Source: Acidobacteriota bacterium
GTDB lineage: Bacteria > Acidobacteriota > Terriglobia > Bryobacterales > Bryobacteraceae
DNA length: 64,000 bases
Direction: 5' to 3'
Assembly (NCBI GenBank): GCA_026394055.1
Contig: JAPKYZ010000051.1
Location: 16,356-80,355 of the forward strand
The notes under the pieces are model-generated. The model did not search any database, had not been told where the DNA came from, and saw nothing but the letters and a program-made list of their open reading frames with translations. This document shows positions 1 through 11,000 of this stretch, piece after piece. The position numbers and the translations under genes were made by a program. Position 1 is the first letter of the stretch. Every line of letters starts with the position of its first letter.

Positions 1-203
1 GGGCACGATGCGGCTGTAAAAGGAAGTAGTGTCCTACGAAGAGCCGAAGCCTCACGCTGAGCCGCGACAGAATGGAGCGGAGACTCCCGGCTCCCGAACA
101 GCCGCTAGTGGGTCGAGACTCCGCTCCATTGCTGTCGCAGCTCAGCATGAGGCTTCCGGCGCGTGACGGGGGCGGTCGCGGTCCATCCGCGCCAGCGCAA
201 ATC

Positions 204-1289
204 TTAGTTCGGCTGCGCGGCAGCCCAATAGCCGCGGCGGGTGCGGACTTCCAGGCCCGGCTTCTTCACTACCACTTGAATCGTGTGCCAGCCGCCTTCG
301 GTGGCCGTGGTGGGGTTGTAGCTCAACAGGTATTGGCTGTGCAGCTCCTCGCCGATTTTGACAATCGCTTCTTCCAGGCCTTTCAAGCCTGTGAAGTTCT
401 GCTCCGTACCACCGGAGTACTTCGAGTAGACCTCTTGCGGATTGTCGACAAAGATCGCCTTGGCGGCGGTGAAGATCTCCTGGATGGCCGGCAGGACGCT
501 GCCGAAGGTGCCGCCGTAGCCCATCTGCATGGCGGAATTGGGGGTCTGGGGCATACCGGCCGGCATGGGGCGGGCGGACACCGGCACAGGTGACGGGCGG
601 GGCGCTTGCGCAGGCACGTTCAGCTTATTCAGCCAGCGCGACATATTCACCGGATAGACGATGATGTTGCCGAACTGGATGTCGAGCAATGCATCGCGCA
701 CACGGCCTTCGCTGCCGCCGTCCTTGGTTTCGCTGACCAGCAGGATCACCTTGCGCCGGTTGGCGGGCCGGTTTTTCAGCATGCGGGAGGCTTCGATGAC
801 GGCATCGGTCATGCGGGAGGTGTAGCTGCCGGGCTTGAGCTTCGCCAGGCCGTCGCGGAACTTGTTGCCGTCGTTGGTGAAGTCGGTCAACTTCTGGATG
901 CGGTGGTCAAAGGCGACGATCGCGGCCTCGCCTTGTTCACCCAGCACCAGGCCTTCCAGCATGTTGCCCATCTTCTGAATGGACGGCAGCACCTTCTCGG
1001 TCTGGGCGCTGTTCTGGATGACGACCACCAGCGAGATCGGGATGAAGCTGACATCTTCCTGGATCTGCTGCGGCTTGCCGTTGTCGAGCAACTGGAAGTC
1101 CCGCGGCTCCAGACCATTGACGTAGCTGCCGTCTTTGGTCAGCACGGTGGTGGGCGCGATGACGACGTTGACGCGCGTGCGGATGACGAGGTCTTTCTGC
1201 TCGTCCTTTTTGTCCTTGGCCGGTTCCTGACCAGCCAGATTCAGCCCTGGCAAATTCAGCACCAACAACAGGGGTAGGAGCTTGTTCAT
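204..1289 (-). CDS. VWA (von Willebrand factor A) domain-containing secreted protein
   Basis: 361-aa ORF. N-terminal signal peptide ([21 protein letters not shown]). Central VWA/MIDAS-like fold pattern (DxSxS-like region, 'KVILLVSETKDGGSEG'). Confidence 0.55.
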   Translation of the reverse strand: MNKLLPLLLVLNLPGLNLAGQEPAKDKKDEQKDLVIRTRVNVVIAPTTVLTKDGSYVNGLEPRDFQLLDNGKPQQIQEDVSFIPISLVVVIQNSAQTEKVLPSIQKMGNMLEGLVLGEQGEAAIVAFDHRIQKLTDFTNDGNKFRDGLAKLKPGSYTSRMTDAVIEASRMLKNRPANRRKVILLVSETKDGGSEGRVRDALLDIQFGNIIVYPVNMSRWLNKLNVPAQAPRPSPVPVSARPMPAGMPQTPNSAMQMGYGGTFGSVLPAIQEIFTAAKAIFVDNPQEVYSKYSGGTEQNFTGLKGLEEAIVKIGEELHSQYLLSYNPTTATEGGWHTIQVVVKKPGLEVRTRRGYWAAAQPN

Positions 1290-1789
1290 GATTTCTTCCT
1301 CGGGTCGGGTACGCGTTTGTAATCACCGCTCTTGCCGCCGGTCTTTTCAAGCAAGTAGAGGTCAGTTATCTCAATCGACTTATCGAGCGCCTTGGTCATG
1401 TCATAGACCGTTAGCGCCGCCACGCTGGCCGCCGTGAGGGCTTCCATCTCGACCCCGGTGGGTCCCGTGGTGGTGGCCGAGGCTTCAATGCGGACGCCGC
1501 CCTTTTCGATGCGGGCATTCACCTCGACGTGCGAGAGCGGCAGCGGGTGACACATCGGGATCAGCTCTGACGTGCGCTTGGCGGCCATGATGCCCGCCAG
1601 CTTCGCCGTCTCCAGCGGATCGCCTTTGGGGTTGTCCGGCAGAGCCTTCAGCACGGCTTTCGACAGCTTCACAAAGGCATGGGCCTTGGCCATTCGCTTG
1701 GTGGGCACTTTAGCCGACACATCCACCATCCGGGCTTGGCCCTGGGCGTCGTAGTGCGACAAAGCAGCAGTGTTGGCAGATTTCTTCAT
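1286..1789 (-). CDS. moaC: cyclic pyranopterin monophosphate synthase MoaC
   Basis: 167 aa with conserved MoaC motifs ('[18 protein letters not shown]', 'IPMCHPLPL', '[20 protein letters not shown]'). 4-bp overlap with the downstream VWA gene. Confidence 0.85.
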   Translation of the reverse strand: MKKSANTAALSHYDAQGQARMVDVSAKVPTKRMAKAHAFVKLSKAVLKALPDNPKGDPLETAKLAGIMAAKRTSELIPMCHPLPLSHVEVNARIEKGGVRIEASATTTGPTGVEMEALTAASVAALTVYDMTKALDKSIEITDLYLLEKTGGKSGDYKRVPDPRKKS

Positions 1790-2970
1790 TTCATTAGGAC
1801 GCCGATCCGGTCGCCTTCATTCCAACTGGGCCGGTCTGAGCTGGCCACGAGAAAGCAGTTGGCCCGGGCGAGCGCGGCCACATCGCTCGACCCCTGCCAG
1901 CGTACCGGAGTGACGCGGCCTTCGGCCAGCACCGCAGGGAGAAAGCGGGTGAGGCCGGTCTTGTGGGAGAAGGGCACCGAAAGCGGCGCCTCCAGGATCG
2001 GCAGCAGCGGCGCGGCTTCGCCCGACAGGATCTCCACCGCGGCGCGAGCGAAGATCTCAAAAGTCACCATCGTCGAGGCCGGGTTGCCGGGCAGGCCGAA
2101 GAACATCTTGCCCGCCACTTGGCCAAACACCAGCGGTTGTCCGGGTTGGATCAGCACGCGGTCAAAAAAGCTTTCCGCGCCGAACTCCGCCAGCACCGTT
2201 TCGACCAGATCATACTTCCCCGCCGAGACGCCACCCGAGAGCAGCAGCAGATCGGCGGTGAGGCCATGCTCGATTGCCGCTCGCGTGCTCTCCATCGTGT
2301 CGCGAGCCACGGGCAGGATCTCCGGAATGCCGCCCGCCCGCAGCACTTGCGCCGCAATCGAGTAGCTATTGGAGTTACGCACCTGGTTATCTCGAGGCTG
2401 CGCGGCGATATCTACCACTTCATCGCCGGTAGCCAGGATGGCGATGCGCGGGCGGCGGAAGACCGCGACTTCCGTGACACCCACCGTGGCCAGCGCGGCA
2501 ATTTCCGCAAACCCAAGGCGGCGGCCAGCGGGGAGGATCGGTGCTCCAGCGCGAATCTCGGCACCGGCCGGGTTGATGAACTCTCCGGCGACGCCGGGGC
2601 GCGCGGTCTCAACAAAGTCTCCAGCGCGCGTCGTGTGTTCCACCATCACCACTTGATCCACTCCGGCCGGCACAGGAGCCCCGGTGAAGATTTCGACGGC
2701 GGAACCGAGCTCTACGTTTCCAGAGAACGTCTCCCCCGCCCGCACTTCACCGATCACCCGCAGGCGGCCCGGCAGATCGGCACTGTGCACGGCAAAGCCA
2801 TCGCGGATGCTGCGGGCCACCGGCGGGTAGTCTCGATCCGCCGGAATGGTGGTGGCCAGCACACGACCGCACGATTCGAGCAGCGGCACGTGCTCGACGG
2901 CGGGTGCGGGCGCGAGGTGAGTAGCTTGCGCCACGACGATGCGTCGGCCTTCTTCAAAAGAGACGGTCAT
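1786..2970 (-). CDS. moeA: molybdopterin molybdotransferase MoeA
   Basis: 394 aa. MoeA N/linker/C domain pattern and 'LLLSGGVSAGKYDLV' MoCF-biosynthesis motif. 4-bp overlap with moaC (operon). Confidence 0.85.
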   Translation of the reverse strand: MTVSFEEGRRIVVAQATHLAPAPAVEHVPLLESCGRVLATTIPADRDYPPVARSIRDGFAVHSADLPGRLRVIGEVRAGETFSGNVELGSAVEIFTGAPVPAGVDQVVMVEHTTRAGDFVETARPGVAGEFINPAGAEIRAGAPILPAGRRLGFAEIAALATVGVTEVAVFRRPRIAILATGDEVVDIAAQPRDNQVRNSNSYSIAAQVLRAGGIPEILPVARDTMESTRAAIEHGLTADLLLLSGGVSAGKYDLVETVLAEFGAESFFDRVLIQPGQPLVFGQVAGKMFFGLPGNPASTMVTFEIFARAAVEILSGEAAPLLPILEAPLSVPFSHKTGLTRFLPAVLAEGRVTPVRWQGSSDVAALARANCFLVASSDRPSWNEGDRIGVLMK

Positions 2971-2999
2971 GTAAGTGGGGCGCTCGCCTCCAGTTTAGC

Positions 3000-4415
3000 T
3001 TGCCGTTCAGAAGCCGTAGCGGGCGATATACCCAGGGCGGGCGATATGCTGGAGCCGTGAAGTTGAATCACCACACACTCCGCGCGCAGCTGGAGTTCCT
3101 GCGCACACGGGAGATCTCGCCGCTCGAACTGCTGGACGCGCACTTGGCCGAAATTGAAGCGCGTAACCCGGAGGTGAACGCCTTCACGCAGCTCTATGCG
3201 GACGAAGCTCGTGCAGCCGCCCGGCAGCAGACCGAGGCACCCGCGGCGGGCGCGCTGGCCGGGCTGACGTTGACCATCAAGGATTGCTTCGACATCGCCG
3301 GCAAGCCCACCTTTTGTGGCAGCAAGCTGAGGGCTGACCACCGGGCGTCACGCGATTCCGCCGCAGTGCAGCGGCTGAAGGCAGCGGGCGCGATCATTGT
3401 GGGCAAGACCAGCACGCCCGAGTTTCTGGCCAACTACGAATCAGACAGCCATCTCATTGGCCGCACCAACAATCCGCTGGATCTATCGCTGACGCCCGGC
3501 GGCTCCAGTGGTGGCGAAGCGGCGGCCATTGCGGCGTTCATGTCCGCCGGTGGGGTGGGCAGTGATGGCGGCGGCTCCGTCCGTTGGCCCGCCCACTGCT
3601 GCGGCATTGCGGGCTTGAAGCCCACGCCGGGTCGAGTCTCGGCCGCTGGACACTACCCCGCGATCGCCAACCCGGGCGGGATGATGGGCGTCGCCGGACC
3701 GATGGCCCGTACCGTGTCCGATGTCCGGATTCTGTTTGAAACACTACGGGGCTACGACAGCGACGATCCGTACTCGGTGCCGTTCGCGCCGGAACCGGTG
3801 CCATCGCTCGCAGGCCTCAAGATCGGCGTGTGGCCGCAGTTTTATCAGACGCCCGTGCAAGCCGCGTGTGCCCAGGGCGTCGCCCAGGCTGCCCAGCTGC
3901 TGACCGGATTGGACGGCCTGCAAGTGGACGAGTTCCAGCCGCGCGGCCTGGAGCGGGCGCCGAACTTGTGGTCGTTCCTGTTTACGGAATTGCCGGCCCC
4001 CTTCACACGCGAGTACATCGAAGGCCGCCGCGACCAGACTCACTGGACCGGCACCGAGTTTCTCGATCAGATCGCCAACCGCCCCGCGCCCACCGGCCGC
4101 CAAGTGGTGGAAGTGCTGGCCGCGCGCGATGCCATGCGCGCTTCCCTGCTCCGGCAAATGCAAGACACCCCGGTGATCCTGCACCCCGCCGCGGGCATGA
4201 CGGCCTTCCCGCACCGGACACGCCGCTACGATACGCCGACCAAGCAGATCGGGCTGTTTGAAGGCACCTTCCCGCTGGTCTGGGCCAATCTGCTGGGTCT
4301 GCCGTCATTGCTGGTGCCCATGGGTGGCGCGGGCGTGCAATTGATCGGGCGGCCTTACTCTGAAGAGCTCTTGCTGGCGATCGGAGAGCGGTTGGAAGAG
4401 AGGGCTGGGCTCTAG
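3000..4415 (+). CDS. amidase signature (AS) family amidase
   Basis: Amidase signature 'GGSSGGEAAAIAA...GSDGGGSVRWPA' with Ser-cisSer-Lys triad context. Start uncertain: ATG 3000 or GTG 3057 (VKLNHHTL...). Divergent from moeA. Confidence 0.8.
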   Translation: MPFRSRSGRYTQGGRYAGAVKLNHHTLRAQLEFLRTREISPLELLDAHLAEIEARNPEVNAFTQLYADEARAAARQQTEAPAAGALAGLTLTIKDCFDIAGKPTFCGSKLRADHRASRDSAAVQRLKAAGAIIVGKTSTPEFLANYESDSHLIGRTNNPLDLSLTPGGSSGGEAAAIAAFMSAGGVGSDGGGSVRWPAHCCGIAGLKPTPGRVSAAGHYPAIANPGGMMGVAGPMARTVSDVRILFETLRGYDSDDPYSVPFAPEPVPSLAGLKIGVWPQFYQTPVQAACAQGVAQAAQLLTGLDGLQVDEFQPRGLERAPNLWSFLFTELPAPFTREYIEGRRDQTHWTGTEFLDQIANRPAPTGRQVVEVLAARDAMRASLLRQMQDTPVILHPAAGMTAFPHRTRRYDTPTKQIGLFEGTFPLVWANLLGLPSLLVPMGGAGVQLIGRPYSEELLLAIGERLEERAGL

Positions 4416-4436
4416 CTGGGAGCTTGGGGCTCGCGA

Positions 4437-4856
4437 TCAAAACAATAGACGCACACCCGCAAGCTGAGCCGCTTTACGAAGTTCGTCATCCAAAGTCGCT
4501 AAGGGCAACTGCAAACGCTGGGCCAGTTCCAGATAGACAGCGTCGTACCCGGTGAGTCCGTAGGCGATGGCCAATCGGCGGGCGCCCTGGAAGACCGCAG
4601 TCTGACTAAGCTCATCAATTGAGATCTCCAAAAGACTGAGATCGTTCAAGAATTCGTCGGCCGCAGCTGCCGAGATCGACCCCATCCGCTGTGTCTTGGT
4701 GACGACCGACATCACCTCATACAGCCACAAAATCGGGACAACGGCTCGATCACTGGCCATCAAGCGGTCAAGCACTTGCTCGGCAGCCGGGTGAGGAGCT
4801 GGCTGCCGAAATGCCCACCGCATTGCGACGGAGGCATCTAGGACAAATGCGCTCAC
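4437..4856 (-). CDS. vapC: PIN-domain toxin (VapC-like) of a type II TA pair
   Basis: 139 aa. Acidic PIN residues ('LDASVAM', 'TGYDAVYLELA'). 4-bp overlap with the upstream small gene. Confidence 0.7.
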   Translation of the reverse strand: MSAFVLDASVAMRWAFRQPAPHPAAEQVLDRLMASDRAVVPILWLYEVMSVVTKTQRMGSISAAAADEFLNDLSLLEISIDELSQTAVFQGARRLAIAYGLTGYDAVYLELAQRLQLPLATLDDELRKAAQLAGVRLLF

Positions 4857-5185
4857 GCCCTGCCTTCGCGGATCATTCCTTCAATCGTCTCTCCCTCGGG
4901 TAAGGAGTGAAGCGCCCCTCGCTGGCGGATGCGCGTCACCGCCTGGGTACGGACCTGGAGGCCAGCCTCGCCGCCAACTTCGTCCCGGGTTGCGCCTGGA
5001 CGGCTCAACTGAGATGCCACGAGAAGGTCAGCAAGGCGCGTGGTAGGTAGCTGCGGCGTGACGGGCTGAAGCGTCAACAGCGCGTCGTGAATAAAGACCG
5101 CCAACCGCTTTTCTAGCGGCAACCCGTTGCCGTCCAGCTTCTGTTCAGCCAGCAGCACATCCTCGTCTGGAATCTCGATGGTCAT
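4853..5185 (-). CDS. putative antitoxin partner of VapC
   Basis: 110 aa. Start placed at 'MTIEIPDEDVL' (ATG 5185..5183). Coupled to the PIN gene by a 4-bp overlap. Family not recognisable from sequence alone. Confidence 0.5.
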   Translation of the reverse strand: MTIEIPDEDVLLAEQKLDGNGLPLEKRLAVFIHDALLTLQPVTPQLPTTRLADLLVASQLSRPGATRDEVGGEAGLQVRTQAVTRIRQRGALHSLPEGETIEGMIREGRA

Positions 5186-5277
5186 GACAGAGCGTGGGCC
5201 ACAGCCCACAACGCCCCGAGAGAGGAGCTTGGGCGATAGCCGCTCAAACCCGATTATGGCACGTGATGAACGGACGG

Positions 5278-6639
5278 TTAAGGCTGCCCGGGCGTCTGGC
5301 GGATGCGCACGTTCAGCGGGCGGGGCTTGATGTAGTGCAGTTCCAGGATGCCGCCCATGTCGGTGCGGGCTTCGTACATCTCTTCGTCGTCGGGCTCAAT
5401 GTCGAAGCGGGTGTTGGGCGGCAGACCGACCAGAAACCAGGTCTCTTCGGGACGCTTCTCACCCGGTTCCAGCGGTTGGTCGCCACGTTCGGCGACTGAA
5501 TAGCCGGTCTCGATCTGCATCTTGGGCGCACCTAGCACGATGGAGGCCCACCCGATCCGGATCGGCTTCTTCTGAGCGGCGATGTTGACGTCGGCGCGCT
5601 TGCCGGAGTCGAACACTTGGCCCTTGCCGCGGTCGTAGATGAAGAACGTCGCGTCCTCTTCCCAGGTGGACCGCAAATAAAGCCGGCCGGAGCGCGTGTC
5701 GTGAAACACGTTCGGCAAATGGTGGAACGTAATGCCGGGCTGGTAGGGATTGGCCCACAGAAACTCGTAGACGATGCCGTAGGTGCCGCGCATCAGAAAA
5801 CGGTCCAGCAGCAGCCAGCTTTGAAGGCTCTGGCTTTCCACCGCATTGTTGTCAAAAGCCACCATGGCCAGCTCCGCCGCGCGGGACCGGGCCGCCAGCT
5901 TCAGATCCGGCTCGCCGTCGTCGGTGTAGTACGGAATGCGGTATTCATTCTCCGGACCCGGATAGGCGGCGGGGTAGTAGCTGAGCAGGTGCAGAATCGG
6001 CAGATCCCGGAAATAGCCCTGCACGGGATCCCGCAGGTCCAGGTTCAGGTTGTCGCGCACGACGATCAGCAGCTCAAACAGGGCCAGCGTATCGGGCCGG
6101 GGCACGGAGCCGCCGGACTTGATGAACGGCACCATCGTGCCGCGCCACCAGCGGGTGACGATGTCCTTCATGGTGGCCTCGCTCCAGGCCGCGTCTGCCT
6201 CGGCCATCGCCGCGGCCGCCATCGTACGCGCGGCGGCGGATGGCACATCTTTGGCGGTACTCAGCCGGTCCGCTGCCTGCTTGATCCGGGCCGCCAGCGC
6301 GGGGCGGGCGCACCAGTCAAACACGATCGCCATTTGCCGCAGGTCGTTCCCAGCGGCGCGCTCGGCCTGCTCGCAGTAGGCTTTGTCGCCGGTGGTCAAG
6401 GAATAGAGTGCGAAGGCAAAGCCGGGTTCCGCCATCGGAGCCTTGCCGGAAATCAGAGTGTCAAACTGTTGCCAGCGGATCGACTGGCGCTCCCGTTCGC
6501 GCTTCAGCAGCCGCAACCGGGCCGGGCGCAGGAACAGCCGCGGAGCTTCAGTGTAGACGCGAAAGTCCTCTTCCTGTCCCAGCAGCAGAGCAGGCGTCAG
6601 CAAGAGCCAAAAGGGCCGGAGGCGACGAAGCAAAGTCAA
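5278..6639 (-). CDS. hypothetical secreted protein
   Basis: 453-aa ORF with signal peptide (MTLLRRLRPFWLLLTPALLLGQ). No family recognised with confidence. Confidence 0.5.
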   Translation of the reverse strand: MTLLRRLRPFWLLLTPALLLGQEEDFRVYTEAPRLFLRPARLRLLKRERERQSIRWQQFDTLISGKAPMAEPGFAFALYSLTTGDKAYCEQAERAAGNDLRQMAIVFDWCARPALAARIKQAADRLSTAKDVPSAAARTMAAAAMAEADAAWSEATMKDIVTRWWRGTMVPFIKSGGSVPRPDTLALFELLIVVRDNLNLDLRDPVQGYFRDLPILHLLSYYPAAYPGPENEYRIPYYTDDGEPDLKLAARSRAAELAMVAFDNNAVESQSLQSWLLLDRFLMRGTYGIVYEFLWANPYQPGITFHHLPNVFHDTRSGRLYLRSTWEEDATFFIYDRGKGQVFDSGKRADVNIAAQKKPIRIGWASIVLGAPKMQIETGYSVAERGDQPLEPGEKRPEETWFLVGLPPNTRFDIEPDDEEMYEARTDMGGILELHYIKPRPLNVRIRQTPGQP

Positions 6640-7380
6640 CCTTTTCAGTCTGTCACACTCTGCGCTAAGCTTCTGGAAATGTTCCCAGGCGGGTGGGGCC
6701 CCTTCCCGCTCTCCATTCTTCGTCAGACAGAGCGCGCCTGAACCGCAGACATCGAGCTACGTCCAGGAGCAGCCAGCCGGTTGGACCCGAAGCGTCCGCA
6801 TATGTTGGGACACTGTGTCACGATGCCACACAAGTTGGGCGGCCAGACCCAGCGTAGTTTGCTCCAAGGCGCACAAGTGCCCTGGAATGAGTGATCGACA
6901 GCCGTTTGCATGGTTGGCACGCAGCGTGCAATGCTAAGAAGCGAATTGATGGAGTCACTCTAAAACCTGCCCTCTGTTGCAACAGGCAGGCGGTGATGGG
7001 CGAACGGGGCAGTCAACGTCTCGTGCTCGTGGGAGCGGTGGCAGTTTTTAAAACCGTTCGCACCTAACCGCAGGCAAGTTGCAATAGAGGGGTTTTTTTG
7101 TCGCTCATCCGTTCCAAGGCTAGCAGGAGCAACAATGGCAAGACCTTGCATCAGCTTTGAATAGAATTCAGCTTGCCCAGGGCTGCGAGAGCGCTGGCTG
7201 ACGCGAGGGATGGTTGAAGGTAGCTTGGACGCGGGCCTTCGGTCACGATTTGCGCGCAGCGACGTCCGGTCCTAGAGCCCTTACGCGGGCGAACCGCATC
7301 GGAGCAGGTCCACAAAAACCCACCAACCCTACTCCGATGCGGTGTTTGCACCCGCCCAGTGCCACCCCAAACCGTCCTCT

Positions 7381-7713
7381 CTACCAAGCAAGTGTGCCCG
7401 TGCGAGGCCGTTCATCGGGATGCGGCAAATAAACAGTGTGACACTTTTCGCAGCGGTATAGTTCGGCACCGTGCTGGGCGATCAGCTCGGGCGAGGCGTG
7501 GAACCAGCGCTTTAGGTGTCCGGCGCAAAGCTTGCCCTTGGCATCGGTCTCCGAACAGGCCCGCATCCGGGGCGTCCGTTGCTTGATCTTGATCAACTCG
7601 TGATCGGACCGGGTAGACTCTGAAACTCCAACTTCGGCTGGCTCTGACATGGGTGTTTGGGTAAGCAACTTTTCTCCCGGGCGGCCGGTCGGCCACCCGA
7701 GAATCTCCTCCAC
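7381..7713 (-). CDS. hypothetical small protein with CxxH...CxxCH cysteine motif
   Basis: 110-aa ORF, probable start at internal 'MSEPAEV'. 'CAGH' and 'CEKCH' motifs. Sits alone in a 1.37-kb non-coding stretch. Weak call. Confidence 0.2.
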   Translation of the reverse strand: MEEILGWPTGRPGEKLLTQTPMSEPAEVGVSESTRSDHELIKIKQRTPRMRACSETDAKGKLCAGHLKRWFHASPELIAQHGAELYRCEKCHTVYLPHPDERPRTGTLAW

Positions 7714-8013
7714 GTGCCCGAACTTTTGAAAGCTTGCGGTGTCACCGCCCAGTGGTACACGTGACCGACGGAAGTTAGGCTAGCACACAGAACGGCACTC
7801 GGCAGCAGGTGAGAGTGAGCAGTTCCACTTGCTCAGCATATTGCCGGGAAGTTATCAAGCAGAGAATCGCCAAGTCAACAAATTGCGAACATTATCACGA
7901 TTGGAGCAGCGAGGGTCGCACTCGCGTTACCATTCAATGACAATTACATGAATTTCAGCCGGAATAACCGATTCGCCTAGGTTAATGGCAAAACCCGATG
8001 CTAGCCTCCAGTT

Positions 8014-11000
8014 ATGAGGAAATTAAAGCTAGCCGCGTCGCTAATAGTTGCGGCCGGCATCTTGCTGGCCCAAACAGACAAAGCAACCTTGATCGGCAAG
8101 GTTGCGGACTCCACCGGATCCGTCATCCCGGGCGTCAAAATTGTCGTCAAGAACGAAAAAACAGGTGAGACCCGTGAGGCGGAATCGAATGAATCGGGAA
8201 ACTTCTCGGTCTTCAATCTCGCCCCCGCGCCGTATTCCATCACCGCCACCTCCGCCGGAATGGCCGCGGCGGAATTTAAGGAACTGCAACTCGGCGTCGG
8301 CCAGCAGCGCTCCTTGAACATCGTCATGCAGCCGCAGTCGGTGGCCACGGAAGTGACCGTGTCCGGGGGCGATCTGGCCACCGTCGATACCAGCTCCGCC
8401 CGCGTCGGCGTCAACGTCAGCGAGCGTGAAGTGGCGCAGATGCCGTTGAACGGCCGCCAAGTGTCGCAGCTCTACCTGCTGGCGCCGGGAGCCCAAACGG
8501 CCGGCGGCGGCACCTATGACAACATCCGCTTCAGCGGACGCGCCAACCAACAGAATGCCGTCAAGTTCGACGGCGTCGAAGCCTCTTCGATCATTGATGC
8601 CTCGCCGGGCAACCTGAACGGCCAGACGTCGTCTTCTTTCCGTTTGCAGGCCAGCCTGGAGACGGTGCAGGAGTTCCGCATCGAATCCAGCAACTACCCG
8701 GCCGAGTACGGCACGGGTACCGGCGGTCAGATCAGCCTGGTCACCAAATCCGGTGGCAACGCCTTCCACGGTGGCTTGTTCGAATACATGCGCAACGATG
8801 CGATGGACGCCCGCAACTTTTTTGACGGCTTCAACAAGTCGCCCCTGCGCCTGAACCAGTTCGGTGGCTCGCTGGGCGGCCCGATCATCAAAGAGAAGCT
8901 CTTCTTCTTTGGCCACTTTGAAGGCCTGCGCCAGCGCGCCGGCTTCCCGCTGGTGGGCCAGACGCCGAGCACGACGGTCCGCAATCTGCCCACCTGCGCC
9001 ACTGGTTCGACGGGGCGCTGCATCGATGCGGCCATTAAGCCGGCCTTGGGCGCATTCCCGCTGGGCAACGCCGGCCCGACGTCCAACCCGGACTTCGACT
9101 TGGCGCGCCTGAACGGCAAGTCGGTGGTGAATGAGAACTCCGGCAGCCTGCGTCTCGACTACCGCATGTCGGACAAGGATCTGCTGTACCTGCGCTGGTT
9201 CCGCGACGACGGCACGTCCACCGCGCCATTCGACGTCTCCGGCAGCGCCTTCGTGCAGACCGCGCTGGCCCAGAACGGCGTCATCAACTGGCAGCGCATC
9301 ATCTCGCCCAACGTGATCAATGAAGTCAAGTTCGGCTATAACGGCCCCAAGACGCGCACCAACGGTGTCGCACCCAACGTACCGGGTGTCGACCTGACCG
9401 GCGTGACGCTGAATATCTCCGGCGCCAACGTGCTGGTGGGGATCGGCGGGCAAGGTGCCAGTGCGGGTGTATCCATCCCCTCTGGCCAGGTGCGCGCCAG
9501 CAGCGCCACCAACGGCCGCGGCCAGCCCTACACCAGCTATTCGCTCAGCTATGTGGACAACCTCACCTGGATCAAGGGCAATCACAACCTGAAGTTTGGC
9601 GGCGAGTTCCGCCAGGTGCGGATGTATACCGACCGGTTGGGCGGCACCACCTACGCTTTCAGCAATCTGTCGGCCTTCCTGGCGAATACCCCCACCATCA
9701 CCGTCAATGGCGACGTCAGCGCCCCCAGCCCGTTCAACAACGGAGCCACCGGCAACCGTTTCGGCAAGACCGAGATGTTCAGCGTCTACGCCCAGGATGA
9801 ATACCGGCTGCGCTCCACCCTGACGCTCAGCTATGGCCTGCGGTACGAGTACTACACGCCCTGGCGTGAGGACCGCGACCTGGTGGTGCTCTACAACACG
9901 GTGACCGGTACGCTCGACAAGCCCGGCAGCCGTCCGTTCTACCAGACCTCGAAGCTGGCCATTGGACCGCGCGTGGGCCTCAGCTGGTCTCCTGAGAAGC
10001 TGGGTGGCAAGACCACCCTGCGCATCGGGGGCGGTTACTACTATGGCCCCGGCCAGGGCGAGGATTTGATCCAGCCGATCGAAAGCGACCGCGTCAGCGG
10101 CACGGTCAACGGCGCCAAGTTCCCCTACGACCCGCTGCAGTTCGTCAAGAACTTCAACGTGGCCACCGCCACTGGCATCGGCGTCCGCGCCTATGCTCCG
10201 GGCTACCGCGTACCCGAGAAGATTCTCTCCTACACCGCTTCCTTGCAGCAGGTCCTGCCGGGCGGCGCCATCCTCCAGGTGGCGTACGTCGGCAGCCAGG
10301 GCCGCAACCTCTTCCTGCGCAGCATCGTGAACCGCGTCGTGGGCGTCACCATGAACGCGACCACGGGCGTGGGTACGGCCGTGCGCGAGTTCGGCACGCA
10401 GTTCGGTGAGATCGACTACAAGACCACGGGCGGCACCGATAGCTACAACTCGCTGCAAACGACGCTCAACCGCCGCTTCAGCAAAGGTTTGTCGCTGGGT
10501 GCGCAGTGGACCTACGGCCACTCCATCGGCAACTCCGGTGGCTCCAACGAAGCCAACACCGCCACGCAGCCCTATAACTTTAAGGCGGACCGTGGCAACA
10601 ACGCCTTCGATGTCCGCCACAGCGCCAACATCACGGCTCTGTATGAGCTGCCCTTTGGCCGCGGCAAGCGCTTTGGCCAGGATATGAGCCGCACGGCGGA
10701 TTTGCTGGTGGGTGGTTGGGAAGTGGGTGGTATCGTCAACGCCCGCACCGGCCTGCCGCTCGATATCCGCATCACGCGCCCGGACATCGTGTATCGCGAT
10801 ACCCGGAACCAGACCATCGTGAACTCGCCCATCGTGGTGAACGGTGCTCCGGTAACCGTGCCGGTGATCAACGTGATTGGTGGCGGCAACTCCCGCGACG
10901 TTCGCTTCCCGGACGTGGTGGCGGGCGTGAATCCGTTCCTGACCAACGTCACCGACAAGCGCTACTTCCTGAACCCGGCCGCCTTCGCCACTCCGGCCGC

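Noticed and set aside
72-593. 173-aa ORF at the window start
   Set aside because: It overlaps the VWA gene on the opposite strand. Low-complexity Gly/Arg/Ala composition, no motif. The first ~200 bp may be the tail of an upstream gene but cannot be called.
7880-8013. Fur-box-like 'aacattatcacgatt' upstream of the first TonB receptor
   Set aside because: Only a 7-nt core match (cattatc). Weaker than the element upstream of the siderophore receptor. Left uncalled.
8041-10620. 859-aa ORF antisense to the TonB-dependent receptor, and similar long antisense ORFs (34095-35714 vs the M14 gene; 46275-48560 and 48720-50081 vs atpA/atpG/atpD; 16230-17456 and 16396-17316 vs motB; 61008-61760 vs the thiolase)
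   Set aside because: High-GC genomes give long stop-free antisense frames. The sense-strand proteins have clear family signatures. The antisense translations are low-complexity (Arg/Ala/Gly/His-rich) with no recognisable domains.
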